DNA of 64,000 bases from Amoebophrya sp. A120. Lineage: Eukaryota > Protista > Dinoflagellata. The stretch's first letter is position 1; every line of letters starts with the position of its first letter. Shown here in pieces: positions 1-11,507 of this stretch. The stretch lies in assembly GCA_905178155.1 (NCBI GenBank), contig CAJINV010000001.1:3859706-3923705 (forward strand), given 5' to 3'. Below the pieces are notes generated by a model. That model saw only the letters and a list, made by a program, of their open reading frames with translations, did no database searches and had not been told where the DNA came from. The position numbers and the translations under genes were made by a program.

Positions 1-181
1 TACCTTGCTTGACTCTTAAATCAGTGCCTGCACGCACCACCAGAAGTGCGTTGGTACGCCTCTGCTTTTCTGCATGCACCATCAGAAGTGCATTGAATCG
101 CGAGGGGAGACATTAAGACATTAAGACTACTTGTACTATCGGCTTTCGTGCCACCGGGACGTCCTGCCCGTAGACCACCAA

Positions 182-364
182 TGTCATGCACGTTACCTCC
201 CAAGAGCCCCATTTTTCTGTCATGCAGAGACGCAGTTTGTCATGCAGAATAGGCAACACCTAGGAGCTCAGAAACTTGCCATGCTGAGTCAACACTTGTG
301 GCCTCCTCATGATACGCCACCCAGCATCACAAGTTTCCAGACCCAGACATATTTGCCATCCATA
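182..364. mobile_element. Family A introner-like element, right part only (left TIR not seen in window)
   Basis: 182-364 aligns by eye to 33822-34001. It ends in TTCCAGACCCAGACATATTTGCCATCCATA and is followed directly by TBC-domain coding sequence. Confidence 0.85.
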
Positions 365-3300
365 CGCTTTACTGCTGTACCACTTCCCCGACCTGCACCA
401 GGAGCTGGCGATCAACGACCTGGAACCAGTCGTGTACGCCACGCCCTGGTTCGTTACCATATTCGCCTCCAAAATGGACGATTTGCGGGAAGTTGTATTT
501 TTTTTTGTCAGTTTTTCATCTGTCTCTTTAACTTTAGGGGACCACTTCCTTGAAGGAAGTTAAGTTTGTGCAGTCCATCTCCATGATGGATGCTTGTCGA
601 CATATTTTCTTTACTCTCTCCCCCTGCACGACCAGGTGCGGCTGTGGAAGTTTTACTGCATCCGCAACGACCCCGCGTACGTGGCCTTCATCGGTCTGGC
701 CATGCTGAAGCGCGCCAAGGGAGAGATTTTGCGGACCGACGTGTCCGCGCTACCCGGGCTGCTCGCATCGCTGGCGCCCCTTCCCGTGGACGAGGTGTTT
801 CTCGTCGCGGACGAGCTGTACCAGCAGACCCCGGCCGTGTTCGCCACACACATCCGGTACCAGTTGCCCTGGCAGAGTCCCCTCCCGCCCACCGGCGACC
901 CGCTCGACGCGGCCACCTACCTGCAAGACTGGGACTTCCGCGCCGCAGCGAGCAGTGGCGGGTTCTACTCCGACCCGGAGCAGGAACAGGACCTGGAAGA
1001 TCATTCCGAAACCGGTCGCGAAATAGTAATTAAGTCACCATCTTCCCCGAGGAATGGCGAGGACGGAGGTGTTAATTCGGCTGCAAACGTCGCCGCGACG
1101 GCGTTGACGACGCTGGCCGGCTTCGGCCACAGTGCCAGCGGCGGGTCGTTTTTTTCGTCTGGGACTTCCAACTCGGGCAACCGGAGCCCGGCAGCAGAGC
1201 TCTACCACCGCCAGAACAACAACTTCCAAACGTCGGTCGGGGCCGGATCCACGAGGGTCGTCGGGCTCACGGCCACGGAAGCGCTGCAGATGCTGCATTC
1301 AGGGAGCGGGAAAAAGCGGATCCACGAGTTGCAGATGATGCTTATCGATAACCGCCCGCTGCGGGATTTCGAGGACAACGGGCGGCTCCCGAGCGCCGTG
1401 CACTGCGAGGACGCGCTCACGCTGCACAAAATGTTCTCGGAACAGCATGAAATAACGGGTCCAAGCAGTACCGGTGACTTGCTGGTGGACCAGGGGAGTA
1501 GAACTGATCGTGTAGATGGTGGAGTGAGCCAGCAGCTGAATGTAGGGTCGTCCAGGACCGCCTCAAGAAATAGTGACGAGCCGCGGAACAACGGAGATCA
1601 TCATGAAGGGACGAGCGCGGCCGTGTCTGACAAAATAAATCTGAAAACTGCCACAGTTCATCATCAACTTGAAGGTGCCTCTAGCTCAACGTCACTGCGT
1701 TCCCCAGTAAATAACAACCACTCGCCGACGAGTAGTTCCTTGTCTACGCCGAACCACTCGGGCGCGCAGCTGTTGAGCCGCTTCCGGCACTACCGGAAAG
1801 TGCACCTGTGCGTCATCAGCAAGAACCTCGCGTACGAAGCCGCTTTCCGCTACCAGATTCCCTTTGTGTCCTACGTCAAGGGCGGCTACGCAGCGTTACA
1901 CGACGCGGCGCTGGAGCAGAAAATGGAAATGATCAACCACGACCGGGACAAGTGTTACTGGTGCGCCCCGGCATGATATCTTCCGGGAAAAAAACTGCGA
2001 GTGTCAGTCTCGACGAATCTCCAACATACATTCAGCAAGACAAGTCTGTCGCATCGACCTGATGAGCAATAAACCTGTGATGCGTGATGGTCACCAGCTG
2101 CAAGAGAAAACACATAGGAAATGGGGAATTTTGCATGTCGAGCATCATCATGCTGGCAACACACTGTAATATCAAGGGACTTCCTCAATATAGATTGAAG
2201 CCGAGATGACGCCAACGCGGGACAGTTTTGCCTTTGCATACGTGGCGGCAGCAAGCGCACAGCTGGAAGAACTGGATTTTTGGGGCGGTCTCGTCCAGCG
2301 CGGCGGGTTGCAACGCTGCCGCGGGACACCTCTCCCCGTCGGCCAACGAGAACTTGGTGCAGTGGCCGGTGAAAAATCACGAGGCGCAGTGGCGATGCCG
2401 CAGCGGAGGCTGCTCCGCCGCGGTCGTTACCACCATCGACAACCTGCTCTATCTCGTATTTTAATGCTGTTTGTCAAAATTGTTGTGGGAAGATGATGAA
2501 GATGATGTCAGTGACCACATGGTTGTACTTTTGGTTCTTGTTGCACTTCCACGTGCTATGCCTGTTTGTTTCATTTACGTTCGTCATTCATAAACCCAAA
2601 TTTTCGTTTCGTACTTTCTCTAGACACGTCTCGTCATACTGCACCGCTTTTCGTAGTGTTATGTCATCCATTCTCTTACTCTTTCACTGTCAGGTCGAGA
2701 TTGATCCGGAGGGGCAGCGTGTCGGGGGCTACGTGCGCGTGATCAGCAAGTATCCGGTTTTTATGATCAGCAAGATCACTATGGGAGTGTCAGGATTGAA
2801 ATCGTCAGAGTTGAAATAACTTGTGATGCATAAAATGCAAGGCATGGAGTGCCTGTCTTGCCGGGATGGCAAGTGAGGCAGATTGTGAGCCTATTTAGGG
2901 TTTGCGATAGAGCTGCTAAAGGAGCATGACAAAAGCGGTCTTCTGTGCCCAAACAGCATGACAAACGGGATGTAGACGGTTGCGAAATTTGTCCTGCACC
3001 GCTTGGAAATTGGGCTTCCAACTGGTATCGATTTTATGCATGACAAATCATTTCAACTTTGACGATTTCAATCCTGACGCTTCCATAATCACCAGCAAAA
3101 AGTCCGCGAAGGAGCCCACCCGGTGTTTTTACTTCAAGGACGGCGACTTGAAGAGCACGGGGGGTCGCAAGCCCTATCTGGGCTTCTCCGTTACTTTCGA
3201 CAGTGAAGATATGGAAGCGTCAGGATTGAAATCGTCAAAGTTGAAATGATTTGTCATGCATAAAATGTATGACCCGAGGCGCGTGCGTTGCAGAGCAGGC

Positions 3301-3430
3301 AAGTGAGGCCATTGCAAATTATTTCAACTTTGACGATTTCAATCCTGACGCTTCCATAGAAGACACGGCAAAAAACTGCACCACGCGAGTGGGCGAGTGT
3401 TGCCGCCGGGCATGCGACGAAAACGGATGA
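365..3430 (+). CDS. TBC1D23: TBC1D23-like protein (TBC + rhodanese-like + C-terminal PH-like domain), 5' end outside window
   Basis: Exons ~365-494, 636-1971, 2241-2455, 2694-2779, 3093-3209, 3364-3430. TBC motif LLYHFPDLHQEL..YATPWFVTIFAS..VRLW; rhodanese-like IDNRP..F..GRLPSAVH and VSYVKGGYAAL; C-terminal ISKITSKK resembles TBC1D23 VVKITSKK. GT-AG introns at 495-635 and 2456-2693; three TIR-element introns. Confidence 0.75.
1977..2240. mobile_element. Degenerate introner-like element (family F-like)
   Basis: TATC...CATA ends with a weak TIR (AAAACTG/CAGTTTT). Imperfect DR CATGA/CGTGG. Removal gives WCAPA-WRQQAHSWKNW in frame. Confidence 0.7.
2780..3087. mobile_element. Family B introner-like element
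   Basis: ~40-bp TIR TATGGGAGTGTCAGGATTGAAATCGTC.../...GACGATTTCAATCCTGACGCTTCCATA; DR ATCAC; removal restores SKITSKK. Confidence 0.95.
3210..3358. mobile_element. Family B introner-like element, short internal-deletion form
   Basis: Near-perfect TIR TATGGAAGCGTCAGGATTGAAATCGTCAAAGTTGAAAT; DR GAAGA; removal restores DSEDTAKNC. Confidence 0.95.
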
Positions 3431-5360
3431 ACACCTTTGATATCCATATCCTGTGACATGCGCATCGTCTGCTTCGGAAAGCGTCAATGGCCGCTCCACT
3501 TGCACGTGATGAAAAATGTCGTGCCAAAAATGCTGGTCGTGGCTTTTTATGAAATAAAATTACCTCCTCCTCCAGAGGACGGTCGCTTGCTTGCATTTCT
3601 GCTACTGCTCCTTCCCACATGATTAAGAAGTGACACTGTCCCTGTCGCAAACGCAAGAACTTCGTACAGGAAGGACATTTACTGCGGATCTTCAAGCAGA
3701 AGTACACAGAATCTGCAAAAAAGAAAGAAAACAAAAAGAATTCAAAACCACTAAGCCGTCAAGATTCGTCGTACCCGCGTCATAAGTCTGACCACAATTA
3801 ACTTAAGGAGCATAAGAACGCGGCGCATGCCTGTGTGCAAGTGCGATAGTTGTTCTTTCATAGGTGGATCTAACTTTGTTTCCTGTAGTACCGTGTGAAG
3901 TGACACAGCAGTCTGACGATCTAATCCTTTATAGAAAGTCAAAGTTGTCGCAGCACGTCTCGTCAGGGTACGCAGCAGAACACCACTCATTAACGCAAAA
4001 GTATTGCGGCTGCGGCAGCAACGACGATGGCGATTGTTACAAAATCGAATATGAGTAAAAACACCTTATAGTTATCGGGCGTGAACACGAGCGTGGTGCA
4101 GAAGTTGCGCCCGCGAAGCTCCGGGAAGATCTATTTCTTTAGTTTTTGCAACCTCGTTTCGGCTGCATGTTCGTAAATAAACTCCTGAACTGTACATCAT
4201 GATACAACGATTGAGCTTGGGGTACTAACTGATCACGATCATCGATCCCGTCGACTATTAAGCAGAGTAGATGACAAGTAATGGGAAAGACTAAGTTTCT
4301 TGGGGTGAAACGTAAAGGAAGAGACGAAAACTGAAAGAACCAATAAATTCATGATAATTTAATGTCACCGAAAACAACAACACCCAGGACATCACTAGAG
4401 GCGTAGCTGAATCCTTCTTTACGAGGAGTAGAGAGGAGAGCGATGCGGTTTCTCTTTTGTCAACTTCAACTTGTAACTAAGATTTAGGTCAAAAGTATAG
4501 ATATTGTCAGATATTGATATACCAGAAATCGTAGCATCACGACGACAACAGCCACGAGAGTTGCAGCCACTGTTTCATCTGAGCCGAGCATAAATAATTG
4601 GATAAAGAAACCCAAACCTGGCTTCGAAGCATAGAAGACTCGAATGACCGTTGTGGCATACGCCGACTCGTGCTCCCTCATCTACTTTCCGATTCTATCT
4701 GCATAAGCGCGGTAGAAGACGTAGTTACAGCCCATAACCATAGGAAAACAAGTAGTTTTTTTGTGCGTGTTTTCCATTGATTTACCTTGGTCTCGTAGTG
4801 TATTGGTATTCACTGTATCTGCAGCACTTGTTGCGTGACACGGCCATAGAGATACAAAATGTGCAAGTACTTACTTTAAGTCATTTATTTTTCTTTCTTA
4901 CTACGTAAGTAGTAGGCTCAGCATGTGCTGCGTTTTTTTTGCAGTATTATAGTGCCGTGTTAGTTTTTTTTTTGCCCTTGCCACTAGACTCTTTTACCGC
5001 AGGCTCGCCTTCAACTGAAGGCGAAGGTAGCAGCTACCTTAGGTGGAGCGTTTAGGACGACTTTTCCTGTCCACGGCTCCTACGAATATTTATAGGTTTA
5101 GATCGGAATAATTCCCATTTACACTTTACGCACAAGAAGGACGAGCACTACTGGACGAGCTTTTCTTTCATATTGTGACGTTGAAAGTATTCTACTCTCA
5201 CCCTTGCCCTGGTTGTACTTGCGCATTACTGTTGCGTATTTGAAGCAATCTGGTACCTGAATCCACCATCAGAATCGTGGCAACATCCCAACTACTCCAA
5301 TCGATTGAAAAACCAAAACCACGTAGAGAAGGTGTGTCGCTCTGAGCGTAGATGCAAAAA

Positions 5361-6343
5361 TCATATGTTCCGAGACCCAAGATAGCAAAATCTACAAAAT
5401 CTGGAAAAAAAATTTATGTGGTATGTAAATTTTGACGGTTGTAAGAGAGAAGGAAAAACAGGAAGAAGCGCGGTAAGTGCCCACAGCATGCGAAGCCTTG
5501 TCCTTGTGGGGCTCCGGGTTGCGCTCGTGTTTCGCTCGTCCTTTCGGAAACAAAACTCGCACGCCCATCGATGTGAGAGAGCGAGCAAAACCGCAGAGGC
5601 AGTCGCGCGAACAAAACTCGGCGCCGCAGGCCGCCGCTCAAATTCCTGCACGCTGCCCGCCAAAATTCCGTTGCCCGGCGCCCGCCTGAAATTGACGCTG
5701 CCCGCCCCCCGGGCAAAATTTGACGCCGGGCGCCGCCAATTTTTCCGCAGCAAGCCTCGGGTCCCCGTTCCGCTGCGGAAAATTCAAAATGCAGTTTTGT
5801 CAACAAAATCGCGAAAACCGCCGGAACCACGAAAACCCATTGAAATCGCAATGAAAATCGGCGCGGAGCAATTTTGTTTTCGCTCGCGCCACCTATTTTT
5901 CGGGTTTTCGCGATTTTGTTGCAGTAGTGTAGATTTTTTTTTCGCGATTTTGTTTTCTAATTTCGTTTCGAAATTATTTTTCGGATTTTGTTTTCTATTT
6001 TGTTTCGAAATTTTGAAGCGGACTTTTTTGTCCCGATTTCCATGCGCAAAATTTGGTCCCGGACTCTCATGAAAATTTTGCTGCGAGTCTTTTGCGGCAA
6101 ATTTCTTTCAGCGCGGCTGCGTTTCCAAAGCCCTTTTTAAGCTAAAATCCGGAGTAGTATTGAGATAGTGTTGCGGCTGTCCGGTTCGAGACGATGCTGC
6201 ACAGGGTGGAGCACGAGCAGCATATGCCCAACGGGGTCCGATGATCCAGAATGACTAGAGCCACACCAGGACGCTTGCGTGATTTCTTTTTTCGTTTTCC
6301 CAATTTTCCCGATTTTGCTATCTTGGTTCTCCGGAACATATGA
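5361..6343. mobile_element. Non-autonomous TIR element (MITE-like), 983 bp, between genes
   Basis: ~32-bp TIR TCATATGTTCCGAGACCCAAGATAGCAAAATC / GATTTTGCTATCTTGGTTCTCCGGAACATATGA; 6-bp flanking DR CAAAAA; no credible ORF inside. Confidence 0.8.
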
Positions 6344-7109
6344 CAAAAACGCGAGGCGGCGTAAAAAAGGAAGAGTAAGAAAATTTGATGACCGTTGTCA
6401 GGCTTTCTCACTCGACTTCAACATCTACAAGCGGGCTTTGAGCGCAGCACATCACGTTTCTGGAATTTTTTCCTGCTGGAAGAGGTGGATCCATCAAGCA
6501 TCCTTCGAAAGTCTGCGCTACAGCAATTGCTATAATCGCGTGGGTACGCCACCACCCATCAACTTTTTTGCTGGGGACGCAACAAGACCATTTCCGCCTC
6601 CACTCACGACCGGAGGTTCGCGTTGACGAGAAGGCCACACAAAAGTAGTAGTACTACGTAATACAACATCAACCAGTTGTAGTATACAGATACACAACGA
6701 CAACTTACAGCACGCATTCGCTCGAGCTGTGTCGTCGTCGTGTGCTGAACAACTACGATCGCGGAGAGGCTTTCATTGGCTTGGATAGCTGCAGGACTAA
6801 AAACCAGGCGAAAAATTTTTACACAGGACCACTTCTACGCGAACCAGAAGTAAAACAACGGTTTTGGCTTCGACCAGAAGGAGAAGGAGAAGAACTCGAA
6901 CGACTGTGCAGTTTGCAATTATCATTCTCTACCATACAACCGACTACAACCAGAACGCACCAACAGACTACATTTTGATTTTCTTCCTCAAATAAAGCAA
7001 GTAATAAAGAACGTAAATAAACCTTCTCCTGAAGATCCTACGGAAGTAAACCTTCCAGAAAGAACAAACGAATCATCTTCCGAAATCACCTGCTACACGA
7101 CACTAGATC

Positions 7110-10100
7110 ATGTCACAGACATCCGCACCGACTTCGGCCCCGCATCCGGAGCATCATCTGTCCCCGCCCGCTCTCGAGAGCTTGTGGGAAGCGCGCGACA
7201 ACCCAGTCGCGGTCGATCATATGCAGCCGCATTTTGGCAACGGGAATGGAGGCACCTCGCCCTCGGGTGGACGGGAGGGTGGTCCGCCCTCGCGGCCGCC
7301 CCCGCGGTTGCACCTACGGAATGCAAAGGCATCTTCGTAATCGTAAACTCTATTGCAGCAAGCGTGCATATTGTTGTTGGCAAACAAAGTTGAGCTTCTA
7401 CCTTGCTTAGCACAACAATTTGCTTTTTTGTTCTTGAAAAAGTTGTGATCAGGCAATTCATACATATAGATATGCGTAGCATGATGCTTTTGCAATGCAT
7501 AGCACCCCCGCGACAGCAAAAAGGTGAGCAGCGGGAGCCCGCGCGAGAACATCAATGAGGGGTCCGCCGATTTCGAGCCGCAGCACCCGGACAGCGGGCC
7601 TTCCGACGACCACCTGCTGCTTTCGGAAGGGGGGCACCATCAACCGGGCGGCAGCAACAATTCTGCCTCCGAGGTGGGCAGCGACCCGAACAACCCCACT
7701 GCGAAGCCGAACGTTATGGCGTTCTCAAGCGTTACATTCTCAACTGTTACATGATTTGTAATGCAAAATGACCATGAGCCGCAAGGACGATCAAGCTGCT
7801 TCGCATGACAAATTATCGAAGTGCTAAACAGCAGCTAAATCCGTGCCAAATTTGTGATACAAGACTTACAAGCTTTCCCCTTTCCCTATCGCTGTTTTTG
7901 CATGACAAATTTATGTAACAGTTGAGAATGTAACAAACAGTTGAGAACGCCATAAACGTGATTCCCTTGGACAGCGATCCGGAGGCGCTGGGCATCTTCA
8001 TCAAGCACCTGCCGGCGCGCTACTCGCCGATCGCCGCGATGAACATTCTGTTTGCCAACGATCGTTTGCTGCAGGATCCGGCGTTCATGCAGGCGGTGAA
8101 AGATGCCATGCCCATGAATGAGGAGGACTACAACGCCGATTGCGCGAAGTGGCGCCAGGCCCTGTACACCGACGCCTACTCGGAGAGCTACCAGCCCCCG
8201 CCCAACCAGCAGAACACCTGGGCCCCGGAGGTCCGCGACACCCGCGAGTGGTTGGATCCCAACAGTGCCTGCTACGTGCCGGAGCTGATCGTGGGTGCCT
8301 GGACCCAGCTGGTCCCGCTGAACCCCGTGCCGCTGCGGAGCCTGGGCGTGGACCTGCACCCGATCGTGCGTCGCATCCTCCACCTGTTCACGCTGAACCG
8401 CATCTCCAGCTCCGCCGCTCTGCGCAACGTGGGGTTCGCCTTCGCGTGCGTCCGCAGCCGGAAGGTGTTGGACCGGTGGGCCGAGTTGATGAAGGACGCG
8501 CGGTACGGTCCCTGGAGCGACTAGGGAAGCGTCAGGATCGAAATGGACAAAATCGAAATAATTTGTAATGCATAAAATGTAGGGGTAGGGCACGTGTGGC
8601 CTGTGTTGGGGAGCAGGCAAATGAGACCGCTTGCAAGCCTGTTTAGGGGAAGGCAATGTGCTGCCCGGGTAGCATGACAGGAGCAGTCTCCTTTTCCCAA
8701 ACAGCATGACACAGTGTATTTTGGTGCTCCCGAAACTTGTCATGCGCCACTTGGAAACTGAGGCTCCAACTGGTATCGATTTTATGCATCACAAATTATT
8801 TCGATTTTGTTGATTTCGATTCTGACACTTCCATAGCGACAAGCGCTTGATCGTGGGCCTGTCGAAATACAGGAATTTCGAGGTGACCAAGGAGCACTTT
8901 TGGTCCAACGGGTCCTGGTCCAACGTGAACACCTTTTGGTTCGACGCCGCGCCGCTGCGACTTTCGGAGTTTGTCAAGTCGAATAAGGAGATGTGGAATC
9001 CCAACAAGCAGGGGTCGTCCGGAGGCAACCGCGGGGGACACGGACACCACAACAACCGGGGCAATCATGGTCGCGATCATGGTCCTTCCTACAGCAACTC
9101 GGTCGGCGGCCGCCGCGGTTTCCTGGACCACAATCGTGCCTACCGCGACAACGGGGGTTCGTTTGGTCGCCCGGGAGGAGCGGGTCCCCCGCCGATGGGT
9201 AGAAACAACGATGGTTCTAGCAAAGGTGGCAGCAAGGGCGGCGGCCGGGGGTACTACTACGACGACTTGGACCTCCCCAGCCGCGTATGCATTGCAAAAG
9301 TACTATCGTACTCGTATAAATGCATTACAAGGTTTCTCAGCATGAGAAATAAAATTTGTATTGCGGATTTCCCTTAGCGCCTAGATTTGTAGTAATGCAG
9401 AACTGCAATTGCCAATTGGTACGAGTACGATACTTTTGCACTGGATACTGCGACCGCTACAGCAACTCCTACGACCGCCGTGGTGACGAGCGGGACCATC
9501 CTCTGGACCGCCGGGACCACCGCGGAGGTTATCATGACCGGTATCTGGATATGAGAGTGCACAACTCCCCCTCACCCTCATTATTTGTATGGCATGACCA
9601 GCAAGACAAACACCAGCACACATGGAGCCTATGCATGACAAATTCAACATGTGCCTGATGTAGTACTGTTTGGGCTTCCGGAATTTGTCATGCATAATAG
9701 TGACGCAGGGGAGTAACTGGAATTGTGGATTTTGCATGAGAAATGAGAACGAGGGGGAGTCGTGCAGTGTCATACTGGACGACCGCGACCGCGATGAGTT
9801 TTTCAACCCGCGAGGACACATGAACACCAGTCGCCGCGGCCTGGGCGATCCCCGTGAGGACCGACATCTGGCGGACAGCGGACCGCCCCCGGGCGTTTTC
9901 CTGAACAACGGGTCCTCTCGTGGTGCCGTACGTGGTCGTGGTGACGGAGCAGGCGGATACAACCGGGACCACCGCGGGAGCGAAGACCGGGAGTTTGGAA
10001 ACGATAACTACCCGTATAGAAGTAACCAGCGCGATCGCGACCTGGGCGGCGGGGGGTCCTACAACAATTATCCCGGCCCCTCCCCCTCCTCGCAGCGGAT

Positions 10101-11507
10101 GAACAAAACCTACAGTCAGGAGGAGCAGGAGCACCACATGAATCACCGACGAGGAGCAGGTCAAGCACCCCGCTCGCAGCACCCTGTGTTCATGGATCCG
10201 TATTCACCCCCGCGCGGCCCGCAGCTCCTTCCGGGGATGAACAAGAACGACTCTGTTGGTAATATTATTCCCCCTGCTTCCCAGCATCCGGGGCCGCCCA
10301 GTACGAGCCGTAGCCGCATGTACGATCAGTTCGTCTCCCCCGTCGCCACGAACAGCACAGCTTCGGGAAACAACAACTCCGTGCACCGGCCCAGCCACGG
10401 GGGCTCCACAGACTTCAACAAGGGAGGTGGAGGCGGCGAGCAGCAACTTGTCCACAATGGCATGCACAACGGCGGGACGAGTACAACAGGCGGTGGATCC
10501 TCGTCTGGTACAGCTGCGGCGATGTTGAACAATGGAGTAGACGGGCTCGCGAACAAGCAGAATGGGGACGCCCTGCTCACTATGAACTGCAAAAGTATCG
10601 CACTCGTATATAATGCATATACAAATTATTTCCTCAGCATGAGAAATAAAAGCTGTAATGCAAATTTACCTTCAGGAAATTTGTAATGCATGATTGCAAT
10701 ACGGGTACGATACTTTTGCACAGGATAATCACCGAGGCCTGTGTGCAGCTGCTGCAGTTTCTCAGTACGAAAACGAAAAGTAAGGAGGTTGGCCCGACCT
10801 CTGCTGGAGGTGCACCGAGCGGTGTAGGAGGTGGACCGCTGGACCAGCAGACGGGCACAACTTCGCCGTACATCAAGGGAGCAGGTGGAATGAACAGCGG
10901 TCAATATCCGAACGCGGTGCAGCTCCACAAGAACAGCACGGGCCCCAACGCCACCCCGGACCGTCGGTCCCAAATGCGTCGCATTCTCGTCGAGGACGTC
11001 CGTCGTTACAAGGAGATGTGCGGCGCGGGCGGCGTGAAGGAGGTCATCGATGCCGTGGTCGAGGCTCTTACGCATTGCAACGTTAAATCGTAGTCGTACG
11101 TACCTCGGTCACTCAGTAGATATTGCATGCGTAGTATACAATAAACGTGCCCAGCAGCTGCATGATCGTTTTGGATTCCAAACGGAATTTTTTTGTCATG
11201 ACAACATGACAAATTCCGTTTTGTAGTTTTTTCTAAATTTAAATCAACATGATGATGATTTGAATTTAGGAAGAACTACACTCCATGCATGATTGCAATT
11301 ATGATTTTTACCACGAGAAGAAGTACGATAGATTTGCACAGCATAGCTCTGGGCGCACAGCAATTGTTGCACGCGGACCAGCAGGAGCAAATGATGAATA
11401 AAGCGGTAGCAGGCAACTTCGTGAGTAGCACCACCGCGCCAGCACCAACTGCTGGATCTTCCGGCTCTGCCAACGTGCGACCACCCCCGCCTATGCTCAG
11501 CCAGTAA
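7110..11507 (+). CDS. Unknown protein, ~936 aa; N-terminal Trp-rich folded region, then RD/RG/G-rich low-complexity region
   Basis: Exons 7110-7314, 7507-7714, 7960-8521, 8841-9285, 9453-9549, 9780-10580, 10733-11068, 11351-11507 sum to 2811 nt in one open frame. All 7 introns are TIR/DR elements. Confidence 0.8.
7315..7501. mobile_element. Family C introner-like element
   Basis: TACGGAATGCAAAGGCATC / GATGCTTTTGCAATGCATA; DR GCACC; frame restored. Confidence 0.9.
7715..7954. mobile_element. Family E introner-like element
   Basis: TATGGCGTTCTCAA.../...TTGAGAACGCCATA; DR AACGT; frame restored (PNVIPLD). Confidence 0.95.
8522..8835. mobile_element. Family B introner-like element
   Basis: TAGGGAAGCGTCAGGATCGAAAT.../...ATTTCGATTCTGACACTTCCATA; DR GCGAC; interior similar to 2780-3087; frame restored (WSDKRL). 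Confidence 0.95.
9286..9447. mobile_element. Family C introner-like element
   Basis: TATGCATTGCAAAAGTACTATCGTACTCGTA / TACGAGTACGATACTTTTGCACTGGATA; DR CCGCG/CTGCG; frame restored. Confidence 0.9.
9550..9774. mobile_element. Family D introner-like element
   Basis: TATGAGAGTGCACAACTCCCCCTC / GAGGGGGAGTCGTGCAGTGTCATA; DR CTGGA; frame restored (YLDDRD). Confidence 0.93.
10581..10727. mobile_element. Family C introner-like element
   Basis: TATGAACTGCAAAAGTATCGCACTCGTA / TACGGGTACGATACTTTTGCACAGGATA; DR CTCAC/ATCAC; frame restored. Confidence 0.92.
11069..11345. mobile_element. Family C-like introner element (diverged TIR)
   Basis: TACGCATTGCAA.../...TTGCACAGCATA; DR GCTCT; frame restored (EALGAQQ). 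Confidence 0.88.

Noticed and set aside
1974-1976. Stop-codon reassignment or readthrough to explain broken ORFs
   Set aside because: Every break coincides with an element or a GT-AG intron; TAA, TAG and TGA all serve as normal stops at gene ends.
2780-3358. Ciliate-type IES (TA-bounded, DNA-eliminated) interpretation
   Set aside because: Restoring the frame needs loss of both TA ends plus one 5-bp repeat rather than retention of one TA. The standard genetic code and GC-rich exons also argue against a ciliate. DNA-level excision is not formally excluded without data.
5416-6072. 218-aa ORF as a candidate transposase
   Set aside because: Low-complexity translation of the element interior; no DDE or helix-turn-helix features.
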